Below, piece after piece: positions 11,468 through 24,840 of a stretch of 64,000 bases of DNA. The notes under the pieces were generated by a model that saw only the letters and a list, made by a program, of their open reading frames with translations, ran no database searches and was not told the DNA's origin. A program made the position numbers and the translations under genes. Position 1 is the first letter of the stretch, and every line of letters begins with the position of its first letter. Location: contig CM097883.1 of assembly GCA_044892505.1 (NCBI GenBank), positions 273,792,001-273,856,000 on the forward strand. Reading direction: 5' to 3'. The stretch is from Schmidtea nova. Taxonomy: Eukaryota.

Positions 11468-12963
11468 TTACAGGTTCTTAAAATGGTAGAAAAATAATTG
11501 AACACATTTCTAGTTTTATGTTATGTTTTTGTTGTCTTATTTCAGGAATTAGCTGTTTTGAAATGGTAAGTCATTGAAAATTAACATTTTATTGGAATTT
11601 ATTATATTTCTAGGAGGTTTCTTGTGTTTTCATTAAAATCCGAAATACCATCCAACAAATAAAATATTTTATTAATCAAATATCACATGTTTTGAAGCAA
11701 TGGCTACAAATTTAAATAATTCTAATATTCTTCCACAACCAATTAAATATTCCAAAAAATAAATTTTTCTTGTACTAATAATGATTGTTTCCACTCGAAA
11801 CACTTTGGAGTTTTTACAAAAATCTATTAGCTGTTGCATTTTAATATCATTTAATTTCGCATATTTCTAAATTTCCATTTATTTAATTAGTTTTGTAATT
11901 TCAAGTTTACTTCATACTGGCTAATTTTCAATTTAATAATATTTTCTATTACCACTTTTCCATCCAAAATGTTAATCTTCGAGCTTATAAATAAGAGGTA
12001 GATACTGTTGTTTGCCAGAAAAATTACAAAAAATTCAGCATTTCAGCAACGTCAATAAAAATTTAGTACAACAATTTAATTTGCATTTGTTTTCTTTCGT
12101 TCATTGGTCTCTCTGGCATCTTCTTTAACTTCATGTTTAACACTAAGCTAGCAATCTACATCCACATCCATTGTACTACACATGAGAATTAAATTCCCCA
12201 CACACCCGTACAGATTAGTTCACTTCATTCACAAAGCATACATCATGGACAGCATACTACATTCCTGAAAATGAGGGTAGTAATCCATTCATTTACTATT
12301 ATCATCAGGCTGCGCCCAACCTAGGTCAACATCAATAATAGCATTTACAGATAAACAATCCATATTCCAATCATAACACCTAGGATATATTTTCCCAAAT
12401 CCCCCAAGACTATAGTGCAAATTAATACATATTAGTTTTTTTATTTTAAATTCAACACATCCATTCACGAATAAGCTCCAGACCCCAACAAACACACAAC
12501 GAATAAAACACGAATTAAGAACTCTATTAAATCAAATCGAGCTAAATTAATCAGGAAATAATTCCACTACGATGTATTCATGGGAAGCTCGCCAATCACG
12601 AAAACCAAATCAGATTTATCCCGATTGCGAAATCCCAGAAAAACTAGAAAAATCAAAAGGCCAACGTCATGCACCATTGGACTACTGGGGAATATTTTGT
12701 CCCAAGGTAGGGAGGAAAATAGATCAGTTCCCTGCAATGACAATTCTAATACAAGAGAATTCTCTACTTAATGGTCTCAAGTTCGTAATTGGTCGAGCTT
12801 GTAAAAATCTGCTTGAAGAATATCTCTAACTTAAGTGCATAATTTCACTTCATATTGTTTCACTGTATTATTTAATAAGTTGGGTAAAATATTAGGTAAG
12901 GCAAATAGAGGAAAATACTTACTGATGTTGCAAATTCCTAATATTCAAAAGAGAAAGAGACGA

Positions 12964-12964
<1 letters not shown>

Positions 12965-13034
<70 letters not shown>
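12965..13034. repeat. (TA)n microsatellite, ~35 units
   Basis: Perfect TA run. Confidence 0.98.
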
Positions 13035-13039
<5 letters not shown>

Positions 13040-14608
13040 CATGGGAAATGTAGGATCAATATACATAACAACCAGTTTGGTTATAATTATTTGTAATGAG
13101 CAGAACTTTTGGAAATTTTTATTATTTTAAACAACGCTAATATAAATTTTCTTTTTATTTTGTAAAAAAATTTTCAAAGTTAATTTATACTGGCCGGAGA
13201 TTTTGAATTGGAATTGAGTGAATATATAATTTTGAAACCAACAATTTGATAGGTATAAATCATGAAAATTCCAAGGATCATAACCTTTGTCGTTTCAAGG
13301 CTTCGACGAAAGATTTAAGATTTAAATGTAAATTTATAGCGAAATTTTTCTAATTTAAAATACAAGATAGACCTTAGGATTCAGTATATAAATAGAGTAT
13401 TAATTAAATTGTTAACATAAAAAGTTTAGAAAATTAAAATAATCGTTAGTTAGGGCAAAATAATAGCGATTAATGCCTTTAGATTTTTTTGGTCCCTAAT
13501 TGAGTAGCGACGAGATTCTACCTGAGAATGATGTTGTATGAGTAAATACATAAAAAACTTTGCATTTCTGAGATATATATATATATATATAAATTAAATA
13601 TAGAACTTTCTTATTTTAGATATGTTCTTAAATATTGAGTCTTGTTGTTTAATTTTATATTTCTTAACTTTCTAGAAAAAATTTAAGGGTAAAATTAGTC
13701 AAAAGGGGAACTATTGAATTTAACATTTTGATGATCAGGAACCAAGACCTATAATGAAATTTTCTTTCAATTTTATCAAGTATTGCTGTGATTTCCCCAT
13801 TATGTCTTGCGTCGAGTAAAAGTAATGTTGAGCTTAAAGACAGAATTTTCTAGATAATATACAAAAATCCGAGTTTCTTTTTAAAGGAAGAATTTTCTGT
13901 AGAGCAAGTTATAGGTGGAACGTTAAAGAAAATTTTCGCGGAATCTGAAATTTTGGGAATAATTTCTTTAAATTAACCGAAAATCCTCCTACCGAGTAAA
14001 CGTTCGAATTGTTATGTAAAAATGCATGCTGAGAAAAATTTGATATTATGAATATTAATTCAATTCCCGTGCACATTATAGCCCATGGTGTATCAATAAA
14101 TACACAAGTTTTACTAGAAACATTTCTACTCACTGAATGCTATAGCAAACTCAGTCAAACCCTTGAAGAACCCTAACGAACCTAAGCTTTTGTTTCCAAT
14201 AAGATTTTGATGATTTTCTTTGGCTTATGTATTTACCTTTTACATGTAAAATTGATCCTGTATGTTGTGTAATGATAAAATCGATGTACCGACAAATTTG
14301 TAACAACTCTTGTATGTATTAATAATTTTTATAATATTTTGTTTTAATTATTATATTATTTTCAACTTTTAATTATTTATATTAGAATTTTTAACTTAAC
14401 TCATGCAGTAAATAACTATCGTAAATTTATTAACTTTGATATGCAAATGGAACATTGGGAGACGAAATACAAAGTTAAACAGTGTTTAACACCTTTGAGT
14501 TCATAAATGAGTTAAAATCAATTTAGTCGATAAATCAGGCATCATTATAGTAAATGAAGGAACGGTGGATATTGGAGACTCAGATGAGTCCATTTGTGGG
14601 CTTGTTTT

Positions 14609-14701
14609 ATCGTCAGTGTGCGCATGTTTATTTTTGTTTATTTTTGTTTATTTCGCGCCTGTGTGTGCATTTGCTCGAACCTTATTCGCGTCTGTGTGCG
14701 C
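14609..14701 (+). promoter_or_regulatory. Motif cluster 2: one exact CGCGTCTGTGTGCGC plus two variants
   Basis: Exact copy 14687-14701; variants CGCGCCTGTGTGTGC (14654) and ATCGTCAGTGTGCGC (14609); ~260 bp upstream of the EF2 pseudogene. Confidence 0.6.
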
Positions 14702-14958
14702 AATATAAGTTTGGATTTTAAATTTTATTACTTTTGAAAATTATTTTGGAATTTCGGTGGATTCAAATTTTGCTTAAAAGTAGTATTTATCTTGTTATTG
14801 GAGAATTCGAGATTTGCTTGTTGGGATTTAATTTGAGATATTGTATTTTGAACTTAAACAATAAACATTTTTGAGATTTTTGAATTTTTGCTGATTAGAA
14901 ATTAATTTTGCTTATAAACATTTTGAACAAATGGAGTTAGTTTTTATTTTTCACTCTT

Positions 14959-15626
14959 ATGGACAAATGGGTAACCATCCGAAATATGAATGCCTTTAGC
15001 TCATGTTGATCATGGAAAGTCTAACTCAACAGATTCTCTGGTGATTGAAGCTTGTGTTACAGCAAGTACCAAAGCCGATGGGTCTAGAATTACAGATACA
15101 AGAAAAAGATGAACAGGGAAGATGTATAATAATAAAATCTAAAGCTATTTCCATGTACAATGAAATGACTGAAGACAATTTAGCTGCTGTCAAATTTGTT
15201 CAATCTAACGTTGAGTGACTATGAGAAAACTGACAAAGAAGGATCTAATCAATTTGATCGATTCTCCTGGCCACATTGATTTCTACAGTGAAGTGGAAGC
15301 GGTATTGCGAGTTACTGATGAAACACTTGTTTTTGCGATTTGTGTTTCCGGAGCCTGTGTTCGAACAGAGACCTATGGCTGAACGAATCAAATCGGTGTT
15401 GTTCACGAATAAATTGGATGTGGAAGTTCAAAGTTTACAGTGCGAACCGGATGATTTGTGTCAAAATATTCAAAGAGTTATTGAAAGTGTCAATGTTATC
15501 ATAGCGCAATATGGTGTATTGGAAGGACCAATGGTAGATATTCAAGTCACACCTGAAAACGGCACTATTGGTTTCGGATCACGATTACAAAGCTGGATCT
15601 TTGCTGTTAAAAACTTTGCTGATATT
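14959..15626 (+). pseudogene. EEF2: Intron-free, 3'-truncated elongation factor 2 pseudogene (G domain only)
   Basis: Across frameshifts: [91 protein letters not shown]. No introns in ~670 nt; a deletion removes VLRQA. Confidence 0.93.
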
Positions 15627-16055
15627 GGACATATGCGCTTGGCATGCTTCCCGAGACTGGTTAGTACGAATAGGCCTGGAGATAAAACAGACGGAAATGA
15701 GCACACTACCTTCTATCGGTCGCCCTTGAAGCTACCGGCGACATTCGGCCATTAGTAGTTTTGATTCATTTGACGCTCACTTTTTGTGAATATCCCTCCA
15801 TTTGTAGCAGTACCAACGTTACACTGTAACGGACAATTATATTGTTATTCAATGTTTATATACGAGGTTCTTGGAATTAGAGCCACGGTAATTAGTTTTC
15901 GCGCATGCCCAATAACCCGATAGAGCTATAAAAAGAATTTTAGCGAGATCAGACTCCGACCCACTTATAACTATTTTTTATTATCAATTTTCTTCATATT
16001 CAAATTTAATCGATGACGTCTTACTTTCAAAAATGCATTATGGTGAAAAATGGAA

Positions 16056-16392
16056 TAATCCTAAAATATTTGTAGTGATGTTGTGTCAACCACAATGATA
16101 CTATTACACCATCGTCAACCAGGTATTCTTAAGCCACTAAACGCCATGGAAGTTGGTACAGTTACTGATATAAATTCCTAAACTAATGTGAAAGTTGATG
16201 GAACTCAGAGACATATCAGTCACCTAAGGATGATTGCCGAATCTCCCAATGTTACCTACAAAACAGAAGTCGTAAATTATGATGACTTTGATAATACAGA
16301 GTTCAGTATTTCATAATTTCCAAGAGCCAGAAGAATTCGCAAACTACCCAGCTGTATGAAGGACTGTGCAATCGATCTTAAGATCATAAGGG
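16056..16392 (+). mobile_element. Gypsy-type integrase C-terminal remnant with possible degenerate PPT
   Basis: GTVTDINS*TNVKVDGTQRHISHLR and RRIRKLPSCMKD resemble the ends of Gypsy pol genes; GATCATAAGGGCG follows where a polypurine tract would lie. Confidence 0.6.
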
Positions 16393-17101
16393 CGTCTAGT
16401 GTTTTAACAGACATTGAGTACATTGATAACATATTCAAATTTAAGTTTTGATTCAACTTGTTAAAGGTATTGTTTTTTGTATATCCAGCCTTTTGAGAAA
16501 CATGCTTTTCAGATATTCAAACAAACTCCAGAAGAAAGACTAAAACTGTCTTGATATCGTTTCTGGCAGAGATTTAAATTCAATGGTGACATCTATAAAA
16601 CCAAATATGAAAAGTTTTACCAACATGCACTAACTACAAGGTTCTCAAAAATTGAAAACACTGCATTCATTTAGTTTCAAAATTTTCTATTAATACAAAT
16701 GAGTAATTGAAAATTTGAATTTTAGTGTGAAGCTTTTGATTTTCAGAGTTCTGCAGATATTGTTATATATCTAGATTATTTTCTTTTTATGTATCCATTT
16801 TTCTACGGGATTTAGAAAATGATAATTATAAAATGGATTTATTAGATGCTTTTGCAAAACAAGTTTCGAATTATTCATGTATATAAAACATTTAAAAAGA
16901 AAATTTAGTTTCTGAAAAATGTCAACATCGTTTAACGGACTAAAAACATATGGAATTATTGTAATTTTCTATAATAGGCGAGAAGGGGCATTTAATTAGA
17001 GAAATCTTAGATTAAAAACTTGAATATTATAAAAAATTAATTAAATTTACTATTAGTCTTCAGTTTGATCAATGTGGGATCCAAAAATCTAAATCATGTA
17101 A

Positions 17102-17345
17102 CCTTTCAAATGACCTGAATTAATTTTTTTTTAATTTTAAAATTTTTTTTTGGATAAATCTATTATTTTATTAATATTTAAGATTATTTTCCATATTATT
17201 TATCAAAATTTAATCTATGTTACGAGAAAATCCGTGTTGCCATATGGCAACGCTAAGCAGTCATACTGCTATAAGGGTGTTAATTTTTATCATGGTTAGA
17301 GCTATTGCGCGGCGTTGCCATATGGCAACGCTAGGTTAATATGGG
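17102..17345. mobile_element. piggyBac-type MITE, family 1 copy 2
   Basis: Core and right end match 2742-2961, including both palindromes and GGTTAATATGGG-TTAA; left tip diverged. Confidence 0.75.
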
Positions 17346-17818
17346 TTAAATTAAAATTTCCATAGAATGTCAATTATTTTAAGATCACTAATGTTTCTTT
17401 CCATAAAAGATCAAATGAATGATTTTTCCATTATTTATTTTGGGCTTAATTAATGGGTGAACTTAGAGATAGGGGGATTAGAGTGAACACCTTTAAAACT
17501 AAATTTAACTTATCAAAATGCAAAAATAGAGTTCCAAATCAAAATACGACTATAAAAATACAGAGTAAAATACCCATTATTTTAAATAATTATTAATATA
17601 TTAAAAAATAATTCACAAATGCAAATTTTATAGAACAAATTATTTTACTTAAATAGACAAATTAGCACATTCTAGTTTTTACAGAATATTTAAGAAGTTT
17701 TCACTAGGCATTTTTCTTTATCTGTAGATAAATAATAATTAACTAACATTATTAACCAATTGACAATTAATATGATATATGAATAATTTACAAAAAAATT
17801 ATTTTATTTAAGCACAAA

Positions 17819-18278
17819 TTAATTCTTTTTCAGTATATTTAATAATTTCCCTCTTGACATTTCTTTAGCTTCTTCAACCCCGAGTTGATAAGCCAAATTT
17901 TGTAAGTGTTTAATCTTGTCCATCAGTTGCTGAGTTGAGAGACTTCCAAAATCTAAATTAATTAATTTATACGAATAACAAATTGTCGCAAATGAAGCAT
18001 TCATACCGTGGATCATTTCCAGATCCTCCTTGTCTAAATCGGTGTTATATTTTGATGGAATATTTATGTTTAAATCAGTCTAAATCATTGTGTGCGTTAT
18101 TTAAGAAAATAAGAATTTAATACTTGTTTTGATGGAATAAGATCAGTAATTCCGGGAACTGAAAAAGGTAAAAATACTTTTAAAATATAAAGCAACTACT
18201 CTGCTCAGGCCATAAATCGGGAGATGCTCGATCAATAGCTTCATTGCAAAACAAATGTTGATCGTTTATTGAATCCAT
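17819..18278 (-). CDS. LIN52: LIN52, MuvB/DREAM subunit (4 exons, ~106 aa)
   Basis: Exons 18278-18200, 18158-18124, 18079-18007, 17952-17819 with 41, 44 and 54-nt GT-AG introns, all in phase. Contains DRASPDLWPEQIPG and FGSLSTQQLMDKIKHLQNLAYQLGVEEAKEMSRGKLLNIL. Confidence 0.96.
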
Positions 18279-19279
18279 AGTTTGAAAATTGAATATTATT
18301 TAAACAAAGGAATTAATAGTTAAATTTTTATTGATATATTATTTAAAATTTTTAATACTTATGAAAAATAACCCAACCTTTATAATATACGATGTATCTT
18401 AATGTTTTTAATTTTGATCAGTAGCAAAATTTAAAAAATGTCAAGAAGAAATATTGTAAAATTGTAGAAAATCTTTCAAAATATATAAACGTACCTGGCA
18501 AAATTTTAAGGAATGTTCTTTCTAGAATGGTTTATTGCGTTGGGATGACAGAAGTTGACTAATTTATTTGTTAAAACGTATCGAAAATACACATACATTG
18601 CAAGAAGGTCATTTTAAATTCTCGATAACACCAAGTAATACATAGTAAAAACATTACATGAGGGTCAATAAAATGAGTAAATAAAATATTAAAATGCAAC
18701 AAATTACAAGCACAATCATAATAAATCGCATTTCATAAATCTGTCAAAATACGAAAAACGATAGGAAAGATGTATCTCAAAAGAGATCACGTGATTTTAT
18801 TGCTGGTCAAATTAACGCACGAAGGACCACAAGCAAATTGAATGGGAAAAGATGATAGTGTTGGGCCGGTAGAAGTGAAATATAACAATTGTTTTAATAC
18901 ATCGAAAATTAAATACTCAAAAAAACAGGCGAATTCAATAATCACGATAACACATGAGAATACTAAGCAAAAAATAGTACAAAAGGAACATAGAATATTA
19001 AAGAACATAAAAGAATAAATAGTAGATATGCGAACCGCATTTCATAAGTCCGTCGAGGTAAGGATACAACGATAAAAAGAGGTATCTCAAAAGAGACCAC
19101 ATAATTTGAGTTCAGGTCAAATTTACATACAAAAGACCGCACGAGAATTGAACTGGGAAGGTCATAGCTCATATATTAAATACGGAAAAGCATGATCGAA
19201 GAAAAATTTAGTATTAAATAAAGAGAATAATTTATTAAAAATTATAAAAGAAATTCCCTTTAAAACATTCTTTAAACAA

Positions 19280-20950
19280 TAGAGATAGGGGTAAAAATAG
19301 GAAAAAGTTGATTATTTAATCAATTCACGCGTACAAAATGACGCCATATTAAACATACACATAATTGATTAGAATTAAAAAAAAATAATTAGAAAATTAA
19401 TAAAATTAATTGAAAAACTAAATTTACTGAAAAATAAATAAATAATTCAATTATTAAAACAAATAATTAATATATTAAAATAAATATACAAATTAAATTA
19501 TAAATATTTTTATTTAATGAACACAATACGTAAGTGTCATACAAAAATAGTATAAATAGTCCTCCAAAAATCGTTATTTTAACTAATTTTTAACCGTCAA
19601 TTTTTGGATACAGTGACAACTACTCTCCCAGCCAGCACCAGTCATTATTTATTCATTCTTGTGGAACAAATCGAACTAACACCTATGTTTTATGTTTTGT
19701 TGTATATATTAGTATGGTAATTATTAAGTTTTGTAATTGACAATAATTATTTGAGTTATGATTGTGCTCATTTTTGCTTTGTCTCAACTTGAGTTTCTCG
19801 GATTATACTGATTTTAGAATGAGCTCTGTCAGCCCACCGACCATGAGTTCCCGATGTTTCGGAGAAACCGAACCGAAGAGTCAGAATGGGTTCTCAAACC
19901 ATCGTCTCATTAAATTACATAGATCGATAAGGGTGAAAAGGAAGTAGGGTGTAAATGAGAATCTAATTAAGAAAAAGGTAAGATGCTATTCAGAATTGTT
20001 AGGGAATAAATAGGAGTGGATGTTAAACAAGATAAATTGAGGCTATGGAAAGTCTCAAGTTGATAAAGTAAGAAAACATTTGAAAGATAGAATAATTATG
20101 CTCGTAAGTCCTTCTATTGGCAACAGGAACGAGTCCAACTGATTTTGTTTAAAACAAGCGATAATATAATACGTAGAATCCACACAAAAAGTATATTCAA
20201 ATATTTGAGCAAACACCAAGTAAACAAATGTGTTGGCGTATGGATTGTTAATTTTTGTTGTTACTTAGTTTACTGTAACTTAGATACTGTTATGAAATGC
20301 AACTGTTCTTACTTGAATACACATAATTGCTCTCCGTCAATTATTTTGGTACTGCATACAGTGAAAATGAGCCGGTGAGCTTTGCTACCAGAACTACTCC
20401 TCGCTGCATTATCCATTTGGGTTTCTGGTTCTGCTTCAAATATTTATCAGATTATAAATAAAGCTTCAAAATTACAATTACACAAATTACAACAAATTGA
20501 TATCTGTTTTTCCCTCCAGTAATTCATAATGATCAAATTTCTTCGCAAAACGTTCCACTAGAATAATCAACTACATTGATTTCATGTTTTCTGATCAACG
20601 AGTAATTACCATAATATATCCGCAAAAAATAGCAAAAAGTATGGTGAATTAATGATTTACAGCGTTCTATTTATACTAATTTTGACTGAACCCCACGCAT
20701 TCTATTCACCATGTGAATTTAATAGACAAAAATTATAATAACATGCTTATTTTAATAAATGAATTATTTATTTTTCTCGATAGTTAACTTTAAAAATTAT
20801 TTCATTTATTTTCTGAATATTTATTATTGATTCTATTAAAACTTTGTTTGTGTTCAACACGGCGTCTTTTTTCGCGTATTAATTGATTAATTAAACAATC
20901 AATTTTATTTTAATTTTATTTAAATTCTATTTTCATTTTTATCTCTGTGT
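19280..20950. mobile_element. Possible degraded MULE-like element with long diverged inverted ends
   Basis: 19305-19370 (TTGATTATTTAATCAATTCACGCGTACAAAATGACGCC) resembles the reverse complement of 20845-20900. A minus-strand fragment FCVDSTY recalls the MULE IDST/IDGT motif. No TSD seen. Confidence 0.3.
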
Positions 20951-21090
20951 TATATACAATATTTTAATGAGGATTTTAATGAATCTGCTGAAGAAGTCAG
21001 TAACAAAATTGTGGAAGTAAACGAATCAAATAATATTATTCCTAAACCAATTGCTTCTAAAAATTGCAAAGTGACAAATAAGCTGCCAGC

Positions 21091-24000
21091 TAGAGATTGC
21101 GATTTCCCGGGAAATTTTATCACGTGAGAAGTCGAGAATTTTTTTCTCGGCCATATTTATGTCTCGAGACTTCGAGAATATTTTTTTAACTTCTCGAGAA
21201 TCTCGAGAATTCCCGAGAATTTTCAAAATAGATATTCAAAAACGAATATTTTGTGACTATTATCACTAATTTATTTTTTTCTGTTTTTTTAAAGCCAATT
21301 TATTATATTTATATTAAAAAATTCAGTATATTGTTATTATATAAAAAATGTAGTAAATTGAAAAAAAAATATAACGGATATAGTTATAAAATACTAAGAT
21401 NNNNNNNNNNNNNNNNNNNNNNNNNNNNNNNNNNNNNNNNNNNNNNNNNNNNNNNNNNNNNNNNNNNNNNNNNNNNNNNNNNNNNNNNNNNNNNNNNNNN
21501 NNNNNNNNNNNNNNNNNNNNNNNNNNNNNNNNNNNNNNNNNNNNNNNTTTTATTTTTTAAGAAATAATACTTCAAAAAACACAGAGCTTTGATTGTCTTA
21601 TCCGATAGACGAGTTCTTTTTTTAGATACTATATGTTCTGCTGTTGAAAAATTACGCTCGTTTTCCGTTGATGTTGGCCGAATAGTCAATAGAGCCCTTT
21701 TTAATAAATTCAGATTTGGTGTAATTTGGCCAGTCACTTCAAATAAATTAATTTCCTTGAACACTGTGCTTATATCATTTTTAATTACATCTGTTGCCAA
21801 ACTTGAATTAATTGATACTTCTAATTTGTGTTTTAATGTTGTCAAATTATTTTCTACCATTATCATTTCGCAATAATTTCGCAGCCTCAAAATTACAAAT
21901 ATTTTCATTTAAAATCGAAACATCTTCAACGACAACAAACAATCTTATCATAAGGGATTTAGCACATTTCACTAAATCAATTTTAGAACTCATTCTAAAA
22001 AAATCTACAGTTGATGAGTCGCCAACAGTGAGGCACTTAGGATTATTTAAAAATTTTAGAAGAGAAACCAAATGCATATTTCGTCTCTTACAAATTTGAA
22101 TTTGAATTTCATTTAACAAATTTGTCGATAATATAGAATTATTTTCTTCAAGTGAACTAAAGAGAAATTTTAAAATAACCTCACTGCTTAATAGGTTTGC
22201 ATCATGCCGCGACAGCGCCTCTACAGCAATTTGAACTGGCTTTAATGCTTTTAAAATATTTCTTGAATTTGTGGTGCTAGTATTTTGCCACAAATGTTCC
22301 AAATTTAGATCTATTAGTGCCGTTTTGATTGATTCAATTAGTCGAAGAAATCTTTCAATCATTGTTACCAAGCTGTTCCACTGTGTTTTACAGTCCAGCA
22401 ACAACTGCAACTCAGTATTTTCAACTATTATCACATATTTCTGAAGAACCGAATTTCGAACAGGAGAGTATTTAAACTTTTTAACGATTACTCGCATTTC
22501 TTGAATGGTTAAATATATATACATTACTTGAATCATTTATTAATTTATTTATATCTATGTTGGAATCATTTTCTTCTTCTTCTTCTGAAAATGAATCTAT
22601 TTCTGATTGATCCTCATATTCATTATCATCAACGCATATATTTTCTTGTATTGGTTTTATTTTTGAATAAAATATATTCATCACTGCTAAGTGTATAGCA
22701 CTATTATAGAATAGCTGTAATATTGCTGGGGATAATGATCCGAATCTAGTCATTACACTAGCACCATCGCTTGTTGTTGCCACTACGTCCTTTTCAAAAT
22801 CAATTTCAAATAAATTTAATTTTGATTTTACTAGTTCAATCATTTTATCTGCAGGGCAGCTTCCATGAATTCGTATTAATCCCAGATTAACAGAATCACC
22901 ACCCTCAAAATATATGTGTATATTAAAATATATTCTGTTACGAAAGCTAGTCCATTTATCAATACTTTGACTAATTTTTGTTTTTTTGATTTTGCTAGCT
23001 TAATTTTTGTACTTACTTCCTCTTCAACTTTGTCACAGTACTTATATATTAAATTCATAACACCGGTTGGTTGTTTTGGTAATTCAAAACCTCGTAATTT
23101 TATACTGCTCCTTATGAATTCACAACTTGTAATTTTTTGAACAGGAATATTGTCCAAAGCAGCTCATTTGTATTTATATTTTCTTCGATTGCCATTGCAC
23201 GCTTTTCCATTCCATGTTTTCCTTGCAAATGTCGATGTAAGCCGGTCGTTGAGGATCCTTTGCAAGCAATTTTTTTATTACAAAGATTACATATAGCAAC
23301 ACTTTTGTCATCATCGCTTTGCACAAACTGTGCCCAAACACTCTGGTATTGTTTATTTTTCTCGATGCTCATTTTTTGCGTCCTTAATATCTTTTAATAT
23401 TAGCTAAAAATATTATAAAAAATAAAAGCTATATAAATTATGTTTCACTAAATTATAATTTATAACATAAAAGTTTCACTAACTGATGAAGGATTAACTT
23501 ACTTTTATTTGAATGATAAAATCAATGATAATAAATCAATAATATTCGTGGATATTATTTGTATTCCGACTTCCCAAATTAACCAGACTTCCAAAATTCA
23601 CTACAATACCAAAACTAATTGCGTAAAAATTATTTAATACTTTTCCAAATATATTAAATATCTATTAGGAATTTTTTAAAATATTAATTGAAACTACAAA
23701 TAAAAAAACACAAAAATATGATTAAATTATGATTTACTTCGACTTACATTTCTTTTGATTTGACAAAGTTGTCATAGGTGTCAGTTGTCATTGTCACTTC
23801 AAAAACAATTGCTAAATGCTGAATTTCTGAATACGGAATTATTTCGTATGTCAAATTTAGATAATGTTGCCAGTTGTGTTAACATTTGCAATAAAAAACG
23901 TACTAATTACAATTTACTATTGTACCTTATATGTACAAAATAATACTGACTTTTTGTAATAAAATTCTTGAGAATTTTTTTTCCCGGGAAAAGAGAATTC

Positions 24001-24099
24001 TCGAAAGTTATTAAATTAAAATTCCCGAGAAATGAGTACATAGAAATTTATAAAATTCTCGAGAATTCTCGAGACCGGAATACTCGATTGCAATCTCTA
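21091..24099 (-). mobile_element. Full-length but inactivated hAT transposon with BED zinc finger
   Basis: TIR TAGAGATTGC, perfect TSD CTGCCAGC, BED finger (VWAQF..CNLC..STTGLHRHLQGKH), TTSDGASVM, CKTQWNSL, dimerisation motif RPTSTENERNFS; several frameshifts; many subterminal TCTCGAGA palindromes; contains gap 21401-21547. Confidence 0.95.
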
Positions 24100-24840
24100 C
24101 TGCCAGCTGCTACATGTCATCAATTATACGAATGTGATATAAGGGGTAAAAATTATGATAATAATATTTGTTGTTAATCCCAATATAATTAATTTAGATA
24201 AAACTAATATCTATTATTTAAATTTTAGTTTCCTTAGTTCTCTGATTACATGGATATGGTATTCTTATTTATTTGATATTTTTAATTCATTTGTTATTTG
24301 GAATTTTGATCTTCTGTTGATGTTGAATAATTGAACTTTCATTTTTCTGTCATCCAACCTTAGGTAATTTGCGATTTGCAAGTTGTTGGTCATCTGGAAT
24401 TTCCTTTGGCCGGCAAGATTTCTCATCATCTTTAGGTAACTGTCGTAAATCTCCCTATCCCATTGTAGCTGTTCCATTTTTACTAAATGTTTATAATTTA
24501 AATTAAATTAAATTTAATTTTGACTCTAGGACCAAGATGGAGTACCCAAAGGAGTAATCGGTAGCAGTATAAATTAAAAAATATAAAATTACCGATTTAT
24601 AACTTAAAATTTTCTTAATTCTTTAAAATTTGTTTAGTTTCAAATTTGTTTTAAGTTTTTTGATTTTTAAGTTTTATGATTTTTAAGTTTGTCTTATTTA
24701 CCCCCTTTTTTATTTTTTAGATCCCCTTTTCTACCCCCTCACTTTCTTAGTATTAACCAATCAAATCAATTTCCCAATTTTCCCATGTCGAAGAGTGCAG
24801 ATTCACATGAAACATTGATGAAAGAAAATGTCACTAGATA

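Noticed and set aside
13754-14170. Possible signal peptide and lipase-like VHIIAHG segment
   Set aside because: Needs frameshifts and stop read-through, and lacks the GxSxG serine.
15817-15831. CGTTACA-C-TGTAACG as a two-LTR circle junction
   Set aside because: 7-bp palindromes are expected several times by chance in 64 kb, and I found no matching LTR partner ends.
21589-23397. Plus-strand ORFs in the track over the hAT (and similar antisense ORFs over TRPM, mariner and hAT copies)
   Set aside because: They are antisense shadows of real minus- or plus-strand coding sequence.
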